Below, piece after piece: positions 1-13,264 of a stretch of DNA of 37,716 nucleotides (positions are counted from its first letter, which is position 1; every line of letters starts with the position of its first letter). Source of the stretch: Betaproteobacteria bacterium (GTDB lineage: Bacteria > Pseudomonadota > Gammaproteobacteria > Burkholderiales > SG8-41). The notes under the pieces were generated by a model. That model made no database searches, was not told the DNA's origin, and was given only the letters and a program-made list of their open reading frames with translations. The position numbers and the translations under genes are program-made. The stretch lies in contig JANYCE010000026.1 in NCBI GenBank assembly GCA_025360445.1, positions 1 to 37,716 of the forward strand, written 5' to 3'.

Positions 1-1
1 G

Positions 2-565
2 CCGGGCAGCCGGCAGAGCGAGCTCCAATACATGGCGGATCTCTTCATACGAACCGCCAAGCTGCTGCACGCACGCTTACCCAATGTTGTGTTTCTCGCG
101 CCATTGACCACGCGTGAAACCCGCGTAATGTTTCAAACCGCGCTGTATCACAACAATGCCGAAGACCTGCCGCTAACCATTCTGTTCGGCCATGCGCAGA
201 GTGCGATGGCAGCGGCCGATGTCGTGCTCGTGGCTTCAGGAACGGCGACGTTGGAGGCCGCGCTTCTCCATAAACCGATGGTAATCACATACAAGATGCC
301 ACCGGCAACGTATTGGCTGCTGCAAGGCAAAGGCTACCTGCCGTATTACGGATTGCCGAACATTCTTGCGCGCGAGTTTATCGTGCCTGAATTCATACAG
401 GACGACGCCACGCCCGAAAATCTCAACCAGGCGCTGATCAATATGCTTGCGGACGTTGCGACTCGCGATCGAATCGCGAGCAAATTCGCCGCGATGAGCA
501 CAAGCCTAAACCGCGGCGCGGCCCGGCAGGCGGCACTCGCAGTGTTACCGGTGCTGCAGGGTTAG
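2..565 (+). CDS. lpxB: Lipid-A-disaccharide synthase, 5'-truncated by the window edge
   Basis: The frame is open from position 2 (PGSRQSE motif). It contains [15 protein letters not shown] and LPNILA..IVPEFIQ, and lies directly upstream of rnhB as in the conserved lpxB-rnhB order. Confidence 0.95.
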   Translation, partial: PGSRQSELQYMADLFIRTAKLLHARLPNVVFLAPLTTRETRVMFQTALYHNNAEDLPLTILFGHAQSAMAAADVVLVASGTATLEAALLHKPMVITYKMPPATYWLLQGKGYLPYYGLPNILAREFIVPEFIQDDATPENLNQALINMLADVATRDRIASKFAAMSTSLNRGAARQAALAVLPVLQG

Positions 566-566
566 T

Positions 567-1151
567 ATGCGCTGCGGCGTTGACGAGGCAGGGCGCGGGC
601 CGCTCGCCGGGCCGGTGTTTGCCGCGGCAGTGATCCTGGGCGTGAGGCATGGCATCACGGGCTTGGCGGATTCCAAAACACTCAGCGCAGCGCGGCGAGA
701 TGCACTGGAGCCGAAAATTAAAAAGTACGCGATAGCATGGGCCATAGCGAGCGCGTCGGTCGAAGAAATTGACGCGCTAAACATACTGCAGGCAACGCTG
801 CTCGCGATGCGCCGCGCCGTAGAGGCGCTCGACAAGTTGCCGTCTGAAGTCTTGGTCGACGGACTTTTCTGCCCTGAGATTGCCATCCCTTCGCGTGCGA
901 TTGTCCGCGGCGACTCGCTGATCCCCGAGATATCCGCGGCGTCTATTTTGGCGAAGACCGCACGGGATGCGCTCATGGTGTCTCTGCATTCGCAATATCC
1001 CGGCTATGGGTTCGACCGGCATAAGGGCTATGGCACCGCCCGGCATCTGGAGGCATTGCGCCTGCACGGGGCCTGTGAGGTGCATCGGCGTACTTTCGCG
1101 CCCGTTAGAATCTTGCTTGGCGAGACCTGCCGCTCGACTGCTATTGTGTGA
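567..1151 (+). CDS. rnhB: Ribonuclease HII
   Basis: [28 protein letters not shown] and HKGYGT motifs. Confidence 0.97.
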   Translation: MRCGVDEAGRGPLAGPVFAAAVILGVRHGITGLADSKTLSAARRDALEPKIKKYAIAWAIASASVEEIDALNILQATLLAMRRAVEALDKLPSEVLVDGLFCPEIAIPSRAIVRGDSLIPEISAASILAKTARDALMVSLHSQYPGYGFDRHKGYGTARHLEALRLHGACEVHRRTFAPVRILLGETCRSTAIV

Positions 1152-2091
1152 ACTCGCGGATCAGTTTTTGTATCGCGGCTTTTTCACGAGCAGGCCAGGT
1201 CAAGCCGCAACGTGCAGCGCATTGACGTTTTAACTCGGCATAAAACTTTTCATCCGACTCGGCGCGCCACACTAAGCGAGCCAGGGCCCGTTCATTGCCC
1301 AGCGGAAAATATCCCGCGTAATCCTGCCCCAACATACCGACGTTTCCCGCGACCCGCGACGCGATGACCGGCACACCTGCGGCGAGCGCTTCAGTAACCA
1401 CATTGGCGCCGCCTTCCACGCGTGAACTGATGATCAAAAGCCGCGCACGCGCGAGGCGTCGCACTGCTGCGCCATGCGGCAATTCACCGATCCAGCGATA
1501 ACGTGGCTCGCGGCGCATCCACTGCTTTGCTTCCCGTTCCATAGTTTTTTTTATCGCACCGCCGATCTGGACTGCCCGCACCCGGCTGGCGGGTGGCAGG
1601 TGCGTCAACGCGGCCGCGAGGCGGAACGGGTCTTTAACCTCGCGTAGATGACCGCTGATGCAAATTTCAAATCGAGACTTAAGCGGTGAAGGTTTTTTCA
1701 TGGGTTTGGTCGACTGATAGATCACCCGCGTTTTTTGGAGCAGATGCGGCGGTAGCTCTTTAACTCCTTCGCTTTGCAAAACGATCAGGCGAGTCGCAAG
1801 ATTAAGCGAGAGTTGGGCATCGGCATCCACCCGTATGTCGCCGTAAAGATCGGTACCCGTCAGCATCAGCACGAGCGGTCGATCGGGAAATGCAGCGGCG
1901 AAGCGCGCGATCGAATCGTGACTGCGCCGGGCGTGCAGCGCAATCATGACATCGGCGTTGGCGCCGTCCCACGCCGTTTGCACACGAATCCGATGACCGA
2001 GCTCGCGCAGCAGCATGGACCAGCGTAATGCCGTATTGCGATTACCGGAGTGCGCAACGGGCCGCGCCGGCGTGATGAGTGCGATTTTCAT
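1141..2091 (-). CDS. senB: Selenosugar synthase SenB-type glycosyltransferase (GT-B fold)
   Basis: N-terminal MKIALITP...[34 protein letters not shown] and SRVEGGANV motifs characteristic of the SenB (TIGR04348-type) family, next to a SenA-like gene. Start set at the ATG at 2091 rather than the ORF-track start at 2133, which would overlap senA. Confidence 0.88.
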   Translation of the reverse strand: MKIALITPARPVAHSGNRNTALRWSMLLRELGHRIRVQTAWDGANADVMIALHARRSHDSIARFAAAFPDRPLVLMLTGTDLYGDIRVDADAQLSLNLATRLIVLQSEGVKELPPHLLQKTRVIYQSTKPMKKPSPLKSRFEICISGHLREVKDPFRLAAALTHLPPASRVRAVQIGGAIKKTMEREAKQWMRREPRYRWIGELPHGAAVRRLARARLLIISSRVEGGANVVTEALAAGVPVIASRVAGNVGMLGQDYAGYFPLGNERALARLVWRAESDEKFYAELKRQCAARCGLTWPAREKAAIQKLIREFTQ

Positions 2092-2106
2092 GCGTTGCCG
2101 TTGAGC

Positions 2107-2112
2107 TAAAAT
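2107..2112 (+). promoter_or_regulatory. Putative sigma70 -10 element (TAAAAT) for senA, 6 nt before the ATG
   Basis: TAAAAT-gtcacc-ATG, with no Shine-Dalgarno and no clear -35. Confidence 0.4.
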
Positions 2113-2118
2113 GTCACC

Positions 2119-3459
2119 ATGGATGCAGGGCAAACTATAGCAGAGGTCGAATCACGCAGATTGATCGCGGCTACGCCTGCGTCGGTGTTGGCCAGCCGCC
2201 TGCGCGCGGCACGTGAGCGCACATTGTTGCTTTCATGCGACCTCACTGGCGAGCAATTGCTGGGGCCCAGGCTGGCGACAGTAAATCCGCCGCTGTGGGA
2301 GATAGCCCACCTCGCGTGGTTTCAGGAGTATTGGTGCCTGCGATATCGCGATAAAAATCTGTGCGCCCCCTCGCTCATTGCGACTGCAGACTCGCTTTAC
2401 GACTCGGCGCGGGTACCGCATGCCACGCGCTGGAATCTGTCGCTGCTGCCGTTGGATACAGTACTGCACTTTCTCGATGATGTGCTCACGCGCGTGCTCG
2501 AGCGGATCGAGCTTGAGCCTGACAATGAAAGTCTGCGTTACTTCGTCGAACTTGCAGCCGCGCATGAGGAGATGCATGACGAAGCCTTTACGTATACCCG
2601 CCAGACTCACGGCTACGCCGCGCCGCGACAGAAAGACATGACGAGTCCGCAGGCAAGCGCATCCGCGGGTGATGCGGCAGTGGCGGGCGGGATCTACCTG
2701 TTGGGCGCAAAACCAGGAACCCAATTTGTTTTCGACAATGAAAAGTGGGAACACCCGGTTGTTTTAAAGCCATTTGAGATCGCGCGTGCGGCGGTGACCA
2801 ATGGCGAATTCGCGGAGTTCGTCGACGATGGCGGTTACGCAAGGGCTGAATGCTGGTGTGAAGCCGGGCGGCAATGGCGTCAAGAGGCCGCCGCACTCGC
2901 ACCGGTTTACTGGGTTAAGCAAGGCGGTGAGTGGTATCACCGCGTCTATGACAACGTCGTTGCTTTGCCATCTGAGACAGCAGTCATCCACATAAACTGG
3001 TATGAAGCCGACGCGTGGTGCCGGTGGGCTGGTCGCCGGCTGCCGTCCGAGGCCGAGTGGGAGCAAGCAGCGGCGACAACTGCAATAGATGCCGAAGGTA
3101 CTGTAGCCAAGCGCGTATATCCGTGGGGACATCAGCCTTCGGATTTCTTACGTGCAAATCTCTATGGTGTGGCGGGCTCGGTCGCGCCGGTAGGCGCGTT
3201 TCAAACCGGCGACAGCGCATGGGGTTGCCGCCAGATGCTCGGCAACGTGTGGGAGTGGACCGCCGACTGGTTTAATCCATATCCGGGTTTCGTCCGCGAC
3301 CCGTATAAGGAATATTCGGAGCCATGGTTTGGCAGTCATAAAGTTCTGCGCGGCGGCTGCTTTGCAACGACCGCTGCGCTGTTGCGCAACACCTGGCGAA
3401 ATTTTTATATGCCGGACAGGCGCGACGTGTTCGCCGGCTTTCGCACGTGCGCGCGATGA
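2119..3459 (+). CDS. senA: Selenoneine synthase SenA (EgtB/OvoA-family non-heme iron enzyme; DinB-like plus FGE-sulfatase domains)
   Basis: NPPLWEIAHLAWFQEYW, iron-binding HEEMHDE (HxxxHxE), FVFDNEKWEH, RLPSEAEWE, GNVWEW, PYPGF..DPYKEYSEPWFG and RNFY.PDRRDVFAGFRTC; adjacent to senB. Confidence 0.85.
   Translation: MDAGQTIAEVESRRLIAATPASVLASRLRAARERTLLLSCDLTGEQLLGPRLATVNPPLWEIAHLAWFQEYWCLRYRDKNLCAPSLIATADSLYDSARVPHATRWNLSLLPLDTVLHFLDDVLTRVLERIELEPDNESLRYFVELAAAHEEMHDEAFTYTRQTHGYAAPRQKDMTSPQASASAGDAAVAGGIYLLGAKPGTQFVFDNEKWEHPVVLKPFEIARAAVTNGEFAEFVDDGGYARAECWCEAGRQWRQEAAALAPVYWVKQGGEWYHRVYDNVVALPSETAVIHINWYEADAWCRWAGRRLPSEAEWEQAAATTAIDAEGTVAKRVYPWGHQPSDFLRANLYGVAGSVAPVGAFQTGDSAWGCRQMLGNVWEWTADWFNPYPGFVRDPYKEYSEPWFGSHKVLRGGCFATTAALLRNTWRNFYMPDRRDVFAGFRTCAR
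2134..2142 (-). promoter_or_regulatory. Putative extended -10 promoter (TGCTATAGT) for senB, inside the start of senA
   Basis: The reverse complement reads TG-C-TATAGT, about 42 nt upstream of the senB ATG. Confidence 0.35.
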
Positions 3460-4250
3460 AGAGGATAGTGTCCGCCGATAACCCGCGATTCAAGGCTTTG
3501 CTTAAACTTGCGGAGTCGTCGCGCGAGCGCAAGAAGCACGGTTTTTCACTGCTCGACGGCTCTCATCTTGTCGCGGCCTACAGCGAGCACATCGGTCTGC
3601 CGGAAGAGTTGGTCGTCAGTGATAGGGGAGCGGAGGACCCTGAAGTCAAGGCTCTCATTGAAGCACTGGCGCCCGTCGCGCCTTTGCTGCTCTCGGCTCA
3701 ACTTTTTCATCAGCTCTCGACCGTCGCCACGCCGACGGGCATTTTGGCGGTAGTCAAAACACCACGGCCACCGGCCATGCCGGCACAAATAGAAGCGTGC
3801 GTGCTGCTCGAGGATATTCAGGATCCCGGCAATCTGGGTTCGCTGTTGCGTTCGGCGGCAGCCGCTGGCATGAGGCACATTTTTCTTTCCAAGTCGTCGG
3901 TGCAGGCTTGGTCGCCGCGCGTACTGCGGGCCGGCATGGGGGCGCACTTCATGCTGAAAATCCACGAGCAATGCGATTTAATCAAGCTGATTCCGACACT
4001 GCAGGCGCGCGTGATCGCAACCAGTCATCGCGCGCAGACGTCAGTGTTCGAGACTAATCTAACGGGGCCGGTCGCATTGATGTATGGCAATGAAGGCACC
4101 GGGCTGTCGACGGAGCTGATGGCGACGGCGCATGAAATCGTTTCGATACCGATGGCGGGCGGGACTGAGTCGCTGAACATTGCCGCCGCTGCGGCGATAT
4201 GTTTGTTTGAGCGCGTCCGCCAGCAGCAGGTGGCGCGCCGGACTCAGTAG
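3456..4250 (+). CDS. TrmH/SpoU-family RNA 2'-O-methyltransferase
   Basis: IQDPGNLGSLLRSA, GNEGTGL and IPM...ESLNIAAAAAICLFE SPOUT motifs. The ATG overlaps the senA stop (ATGA, 3456-3459). Confidence 0.92.
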   Translation: MKRIVSADNPRFKALLKLAESSRERKKHGFSLLDGSHLVAAYSEHIGLPEELVVSDRGAEDPEVKALIEALAPVAPLLLSAQLFHQLSTVATPTGILAVVKTPRPPAMPAQIEACVLLEDIQDPGNLGSLLRSAAAAGMRHIFLSKSSVQAWSPRVLRAGMGAHFMLKIHEQCDLIKLIPTLQARVIATSHRAQTSVFETNLTGPVALMYGNEGTGLSTELMATAHEIVSIPMAGGTESLNIAAAAAICLFERVRQQQVARRTQ

Positions 4251-5068
4251 ACGCGGCGTACGAGATTGGCCTGCTGCAGGATCGTTGTCGCAAGTTCCTC
4301 GACGGATTTGCTCGTGACGTCCAGGTAAGGAATTCCTTCCTGGCGCATCAGCGCTTCAGCTTCGCGTACTTCGAATTCGCAGTTGGTGCGCGTGGCATAA
4401 GTGCTGTTAGGGCGCCGCTCGGTGCGAATTTTTTCCAGCCGGTCGGGTTTAATCGTAAGGCCGAACAAACGCTTGCGCAGTGACTTGACCTGGCCCGGCA
4501 ACTGCATACTCGCGAAATCTTCGGGCACCAACGGATAGTTGGCGGCGCGAATGCCGAATTGCATTGCAAGGTACAGGCACGTAGGTGTTTTCCCACAACG
4601 CGACACGCCGACCAGAATAACGTCGGCGTCAGCCAGGTCGCGCGTAGATACGCCGTCGTCATGGCTTAGTGAATAATTTACCGCTTCCATTCGATAATGA
4701 TAATTGGCGACATCGGTTGCGCTGTGAGAACGACCCACCGCATGCGAGGCGAGTTCGCCGAGTTCTTTCTCCAGCGGAAGAATAAATATGTCAAAGCAAT
4801 CAAGGAATAGAGCGCTGGCAGTCGCCACGACGCTTGACACTTCCTGATTGACCAGTGTGCTGAATATGAGTGGACGAGTGCCATCTTTCGCGCCCTGGTC
4901 ATTTATTTGCTTGAGCGCAGCTCGCGCCTTTTCGATGGAATCAACGAAGGGCAAGGTCACTTCATTAAATGACACCATTTCAAACTGCGTGAGCAAACTG
5001 TGCCCGAGCATCTCGGCTGTAATTCCGGTGCGGTCGGAGATGAAAAAGGCAGAACGCTTTTGCGGCAT
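4244..5068 (-). CDS. ppsR: PEP synthase regulatory protein (kinase/pyrophosphorylase)
   Basis: FFISDRTGITAE, HDDG, GVSRCGKTPTCLYLA and ANYPL motifs; divergent from ppsA. Confidence 0.95.
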   Translation of the reverse strand: MPQKRSAFFISDRTGITAEMLGHSLLTQFEMVSFNEVTLPFVDSIEKARAALKQINDQGAKDGTRPLIFSTLVNQEVSSVVATASALFLDCFDIFILPLEKELGELASHAVGRSHSATDVANYHYRMEAVNYSLSHDDGVSTRDLADADVILVGVSRCGKTPTCLYLAMQFGIRAANYPLVPEDFASMQLPGQVKSLRKRLFGLTIKPDRLEKIRTERRPNSTYATRTNCEFEVREAEALMRQEGIPYLDVTSKSVEELATTILQQANLVRRVY

Positions 5069-5142
5069 CGCGATAGTCAATCAAAATAGAACCGGTAAAA
5101 TAGCTTTTTTTGATGCTTTGCACAAATTTTATAGGCTGCCCA

Positions 5143-7539
5143 ATGAGTAACAATCCATATGTCATCCCATTCGAAAACCTTCGCATGCAAGACGTCGGGC
5201 GCGTCGGCGGCAAAAATGCCTCATTAGGGGAGATGATCGGTCAGCTGGCGGGCGCCGGCGTTCGCGTGCCAGGCGGTTTCGCGACAACGGCCGATGCCTA
5301 TCGCGAATTTCTTGCTCATGAGGGTCTCGACAAGCGCATAGAGCAAAAGCTTCTCAAATTAAACGTAGAGGATGTCAATGCGCTCGCGGCGGCAGGCCAA
5401 GAAATCCGCGCCTGGATCACAGCGCAACCTTTTCCTGGGCAGCTCGAGCAAGACGTCGCTGCGGCCTATCAGTCGTTGCAGCACGGTGCGAATGATGACT
5501 TATCAGTGGCAGTACGCTCATCGGCAACTGCGGAAGATCTACCGGACGCGTCGTTTGCCGGCCAGCAGGAAACCTTTCTGAATATCCACGGGCTCTCCAG
5601 TGTGCTTGATGCGGTCAAGCACGTGTTTGCATCGCTCTACAACGATCGCGCAATTTCATACCGCGTGCACAAAAATTTCATACACGCAGATGTCGCATTG
5701 TCCGCCGGCATTCAACGCATGGTGCGCAGCGATCTCGCAGCGAGCGGGGTTATGTTCACGCTGGATACGGAATCGGGATTCGACCAGGTCGTGTTCATTA
5801 CGTCCGCCTACGGCTTGGGGGAAACGGTGGTGCAGGGGCAGGTTAATCCGGACGAGTTTTACGTATACAAACCGGCGCTCATGCACGGCAGAAAGGCAAT
5901 CATCCGGCGCAACCTTGGCTCCAAGGCGTTGCGCATGACATTTACGGATTCGCGCGTCGCCGGTAGATCGGTGCGCACGGACGAAGTGCCCGAACAGGAA
6001 CGGCGCCGCTTTTCGATTAGCGATGCGGACGTCGAGGAGTTGGCGCGCTTCGGGCTCATCATCGAGCAGCACTACAAGCGCGCGATGGACATTGAATGGG
6101 GCCGCGACGGGATAGACGGGAAACTCTATATCTTGCAGGCCCGCCCGGAGACCGTGAAAGCCAGCGAGAAAGTCGATACCTTGCGCCGCTACCGGCTGAA
6201 GCAGCGGTCTGACGTCCTGGCATCCGGACGCGCAATCGGCCAACGAGTGGGGTCGGGACCGGTGAAGCTGGTGCAAAGCGCGGCCGAAATGGATCGCGTG
6301 CATCCAGGCGACGTGCTGGTGACGGATATGACTGATCCCGACTGGGAGCCGGTCATGAAGCGCGCGTCGGCAATTGTCACGAACCGCGGCGGGCGCACCT
6401 GTCATGCCGCAATTATTGCGCGCGAACTTGGCATTCCGGCAGTGGTCGGTTGCGGCGACGCCACCCGGGTGTTGAAAGAAGGGCGATCAGTGACGGTATC
6501 CTGCGCGGAAGGCGATACCGGCTATGTCTATCGCGGCATTCTTGAAGTAGAAATTATCGACCTATCGCTAGAAGCGATGCCGAAAGCGCCTCTCAAAATA
6601 ACGATGAACGTCGGCAACCCGGAACTCGCGTTTGAGTTTCAGCGCCTGCCCAACGACGGGGTGGGCCTGGCCCGACTTGAGTTCATTATTGCGCGCATGA
6701 TAGGCGTACACCCCAAGGCAATACTTGCGTATCCCGACTTGCCAGGTGATCTCAAAATTGCGGTCGAGCAGCACGCAGCAGGTTATGCGAATCCAGTCGA
6801 GTTTTACGTCGAGAAATTGTGCGAAGGCGTGGCCACGCTCGGCGCGGCGTTCTGGCCGAAGCCCGTAATCGTGCGTCTGTCGGATTTTAAATCCAACGAA
6901 TATTCGAGTTTGACCGGCGGCTCCAAATACGAGCCGCACGAAGAAAATCCCATGCTGGGTTTTCGCGGCGCGTCGCGCTATATCGCAGCGGCATTTCGCG
7001 ATTGTTTCGAACTCGAATGCCGCGCAATGAAAAAAGTGCGCGACGAAATGGGTCTAACTAACGTAGAGCTCATGGTGCCGTTTGTGCGCACGGTCGGGGA
7101 AGCCAGGCAGGTTATCGAGTTGCTGGCCCACAACGGCTTGCGGCGCGGTGAAAACGGGTTGCGCATTATCATGATGTGCGAGATACCGTCGAACGCGATT
7201 CTCGCCGACCAGTTTCTCGAACACTTCGACGGCTTCTCGATAGGATCCAACGACATGACGCAGATGACGCTCGCACTCGACCGCGACTCAGGCATCATCG
7301 CGGAAGGCTTCGACGAGCGTGATCCCGCGGTCAAGCACATGCTGCATCTTGCAATCCAGGCCTGCCGCAAAGCGGGCAAATATGTTGGCATCTGCGGGCA
7401 GGGTCCATCAGACCATCCGGACCTCGCAAAATGGTTGATGGAAGAGGGGATCGGCAGCTTGTCACTTAATCCCGACACGGTGGTTGAAACCTGGCTCTAT
7501 CTTGCGAATGAAGCCAAGAAGTCGGCGGCTCCGACATGA
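5143..7539 (+). CDS. ppsA: Phosphoenolpyruvate synthase
   Basis: [46 protein letters not shown] (phospho-His) and GFSIGSND. Start taken at the ATG at 5143. Confidence 0.97.
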   Translation: MSNNPYVIPFENLRMQDVGRVGGKNASLGEMIGQLAGAGVRVPGGFATTADAYREFLAHEGLDKRIEQKLLKLNVEDVNALAAAGQEIRAWITAQPFPGQLEQDVAAAYQSLQHGANDDLSVAVRSSATAEDLPDASFAGQQETFLNIHGLSSVLDAVKHVFASLYNDRAISYRVHKNFIHADVALSAGIQRMVRSDLAASGVMFTLDTESGFDQVVFITSAYGLGETVVQGQVNPDEFYVYKPALMHGRKAIIRRNLGSKALRMTFTDSRVAGRSVRTDEVPEQERRRFSISDADVEELARFGLIIEQHYKRAMDIEWGRDGIDGKLYILQARPETVKASEKVDTLRRYRLKQRSDVLASGRAIGQRVGSGPVKLVQSAAEMDRVHPGDVLVTDMTDPDWEPVMKRASAIVTNRGGRTCHAAIIARELGIPAVVGCGDATRVLKEGRSVTVSCAEGDTGYVYRGILEVEIIDLSLEAMPKAPLKITMNVGNPELAFEFQRLPNDGVGLARLEFIIARMIGVHPKAILAYPDLPGDLKIAVEQHAAGYANPVEFYVEKLCEGVATLGAAFWPKPVIVRLSDFKSNEYSSLTGGSKYEPHEENPMLGFRGASRYIAAAFRDCFELECRAMKKVRDEMGLTNVELMVPFVRTVGEARQVIELLAHNGLRRGENGLRIIMMCEIPSNAILADQFLEHFDGFSIGSNDMTQMTLALDRDSGIIAEGFDERDPAVKHMLHLAIQACRKAGKYVGICGQGPSDHPDLAKWLMEEGIGSLSLNPDTVVETWLYLANEAKKSAAPT

Positions 7540-7558
7540 TGTGTGCAGGCGAATTGCA

Positions 7559-7587
7559 TTGAGTGGAAGATTTGATTGCGTTAGAAT
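7559..7587 (+). promoter_or_regulatory. Putative sigma70 promoter of pyrG-kdsA-eno-ftsB
   Basis: TTGAGT-N17-TAGAAT, ending 25 nt before the pyrG ATG. Confidence 0.55.
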
Positions 7588-7606
7588 ATGAAAACGGCTC
7601 GCATGA

Positions 7607-9298
<1,692 letters not shown>

Positions 9299-9304
9299 CG
9301 CGTT

Positions 9305-11439
<2,135 letters not shown>

Positions 11440-11457
11440 CGCGTTGACAGGCACGGC

Positions 11458-11757
11458 GTGAAACTTGTCACCCTCGCGCTGCTTGCCCTGATCGTTCTGC
11501 TTCAACATCCACTATGGCTCGGCAAAGGCAGTTGGTTGCGGGTATGGGACATCGATCAGCAGGTGCGCGCGCAACGCGAGGCCAACCAAAAACTCGTGGT
11601 GCGTAACGCTGGGCTTGACGCCGAAGTCCGCGATTTAAAACAAGGGCTCGATGCGATTGAAGAACGCGCGCGCAGCGAACTGGGAATGATCAAGCGCGAC
11701 GAAATTTTTTTCCAGATTCTGGAGGAGCGCCAACCTCCCAAGGCCCCGCAACCCTGA
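11458..11757 (+). CDS. ftsB: Cell division protein FtsB
   Basis: TM helix, LWLGKG, coiled coil and [18 protein letters not shown]; follows eno. Confidence 0.95.
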   Translation: MKLVTLALLALIVLLQHPLWLGKGSWLRVWDIDQQVRAQREANQKLVVRNAGLDAEVRDLKQGLDAIEERARSELGMIKRDEIFFQILEERQPPKAPQP

Positions 11758-11767
11758 GCAGAATGCG

Positions 11768-12643
11768 TTATTGCGCCGGGTAAGGCACTTCAATGCCCAA
11801 ACTGCGTTCAGCCGCAGTTACAGTATTTGCAAGCAGCATCGCCACTGTCATGCGCCCGACGCCACCCGGTACCGGCGTGATGCGCGAAGCAACCTGACTG
11901 GCAGATGCGAAATCGACATCTCCCGCTAATTTTCCGTCCGGCATACGGTTGATACCAATGTCGATCACTACTGCGCCAGGCTTGATCATGGAACCGTCGA
12001 TGAGTCCCGGGCGCCCCACCGCTACCGCAAGAATATCGGCGATCGACGTGTATTGCCGAAGGTCGGTAGTTTTGGAATTGCACACGCTGACGGTTGCGCC
12101 ACGCGCAATCAACATGAGTGCCAGCGGCTTGCCTACCAGTGCGCTGCGTCCAATCACTACCGCGTTGCGGCCTTCGATCGGACTCCGCGCATAATCAAGC
12201 ATCGTCATCACACCCAGCGGCGTGCACGGCGCGAGCAGTGTGTGTCCGGCGACCATCGCACCCAGATTTACCCAGTTGAACCCATCGACATCCTTGGCGG
12301 GCGTAATCGCCTGCAGAATGCGCTCGGACCTCAGGTGCGCAGGCAGCGGTAGTTGAACGAGAATGCCGTGAATGCGCGAGTCCGCGTTTAACGCTTGCAG
12401 TTTCGAGAATATCTCGTGCTCGCTACAGTCCGCCGGAAACTCGAACATCTCCGAATGCACTCCGACCCTCGCGCACGCCCGCGCTTTGTTCTTCAAATAA
12501 ATCCGCGATGCGGAATTCTCCCCAATCAGAATCGCAGCGAGACCGGGTTGAATGCCGCGGACGTGCAGGCGTTGAATGCGCTCATGTAGCTGCGCATATA
12601 CATCTTGGGCGATGGCGGCCCCGTCGAGCAGTATGGCAGCCAC
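11768..12643 (-). CDS. folD: Bifunctional methylene-THF dehydrogenase/cyclohydrolase
   Basis: HGILVQLPLP, KDVDG, PCTP, GRS.LVGKP, VIDIGIN and ITPVPGGVG. Confidence 0.95.
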   Translation of the reverse strand: MAAILLDGAAIAQDVYAQLHERIQRLHVRGIQPGLAAILIGENSASRIYLKNKARACARVGVHSEMFEFPADCSEHEIFSKLQALNADSRIHGILVQLPLPAHLRSERILQAITPAKDVDGFNWVNLGAMVAGHTLLAPCTPLGVMTMLDYARSPIEGRNAVVIGRSALVGKPLALMLIARGATVSVCNSKTTDLRQYTSIADILAVAVGRPGLIDGSMIKPGAVVIDIGINRMPDGKLAGDVDFASASQVASRITPVPGGVGRMTVAMLLANTVTAAERSLGIEVPYPAQ

Positions 12644-12870
12644 GGTTAGTTTACTTCCGCCAAAACCTGCGCATTGATCGCAAGATGGGGAGGTACGGGG
12701 AGGGAGCCGTGCGGGCGGCGAAGCTCAACTGGTGAATCGGCTGACTGCAACTGAGTGGGCATTTCTTGATATGTTCGACGACGGCGGCAAGTATTGCATA
12801 TCCGGCGGCGGCATTGTTATCTGAGCAGCGCCGCTAGTGCGGTTTTAAATGGTGAACACCGAATGCGCAT

Positions 12871-13005
12871 TCAGCATGAAAAAATATTCGCGTAGCCGAT
12901 CAAAAAAGCGGGGTTCAGATACGCCGTAAAACTTAAATACACCAAATAAGCGAGCAGCGCCCCGAGCAGAATCCACCCCACCGGCCGGTGCGCTTGCATA
13001 ATCAT
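12871..13005 (-). CDS. Small (44 aa) single-pass membrane protein of unknown function
   Basis: MIMQAHRPVGWILLGALLAYLVYLSFTAYLNPAFLIGYANIFSC, with a GAAAGG RBS just upstream of the ATG at 13005. Confidence 0.65.
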   Translation of the reverse strand: MIMQAHRPVGWILLGALLAYLVYLSFTAYLNPAFLIGYANIFSC

Positions 13006-13264
13006 CGTAGACCTTTCACTCTTCAACGAGCCGCAATTGATATGACCGCGATCACAGGCGTCGAACATACCATGTGCCTGGAAATATTCCAATATGAAGT
13101 CGGCGATAGCGCGTCGATTGATCGAAGTGAAGCACAATGTTTAACCCAATACGTTTTGAATGCTCCCGACGTGTGCGAACGTTAAAAACTTTATTAAGAA
13201 TGCAGTTGAGGCGATTCGCCCTGTATGTCCGACGGTATCCTACTGATGAATTTGGTGTCTTCGT

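Noticed and set aside
2119-3459. Calling this gene ergothioneine egtB or ovothiol ovoA
   Set aside because: It has the NPPLWE..H.AWFQE signature, has senB as its neighbour, and lacks both an adjacent egtD and a C-terminal methyltransferase domain.
12644-12870. Possible ZTP or THF riboswitch upstream of folD
   Set aside because: I could not find the conserved motifs of either family in the minus-strand sequence; an Rfam scan would settle it.
12817-12873. Cys-TGA at the end of the 44-aa protein read as Cys-Sec read-through, given the nearby selenium genes
   Set aside because: No convincing SECIS-like hairpin, and the short extension has no recognisable features; a normal stop is simpler.
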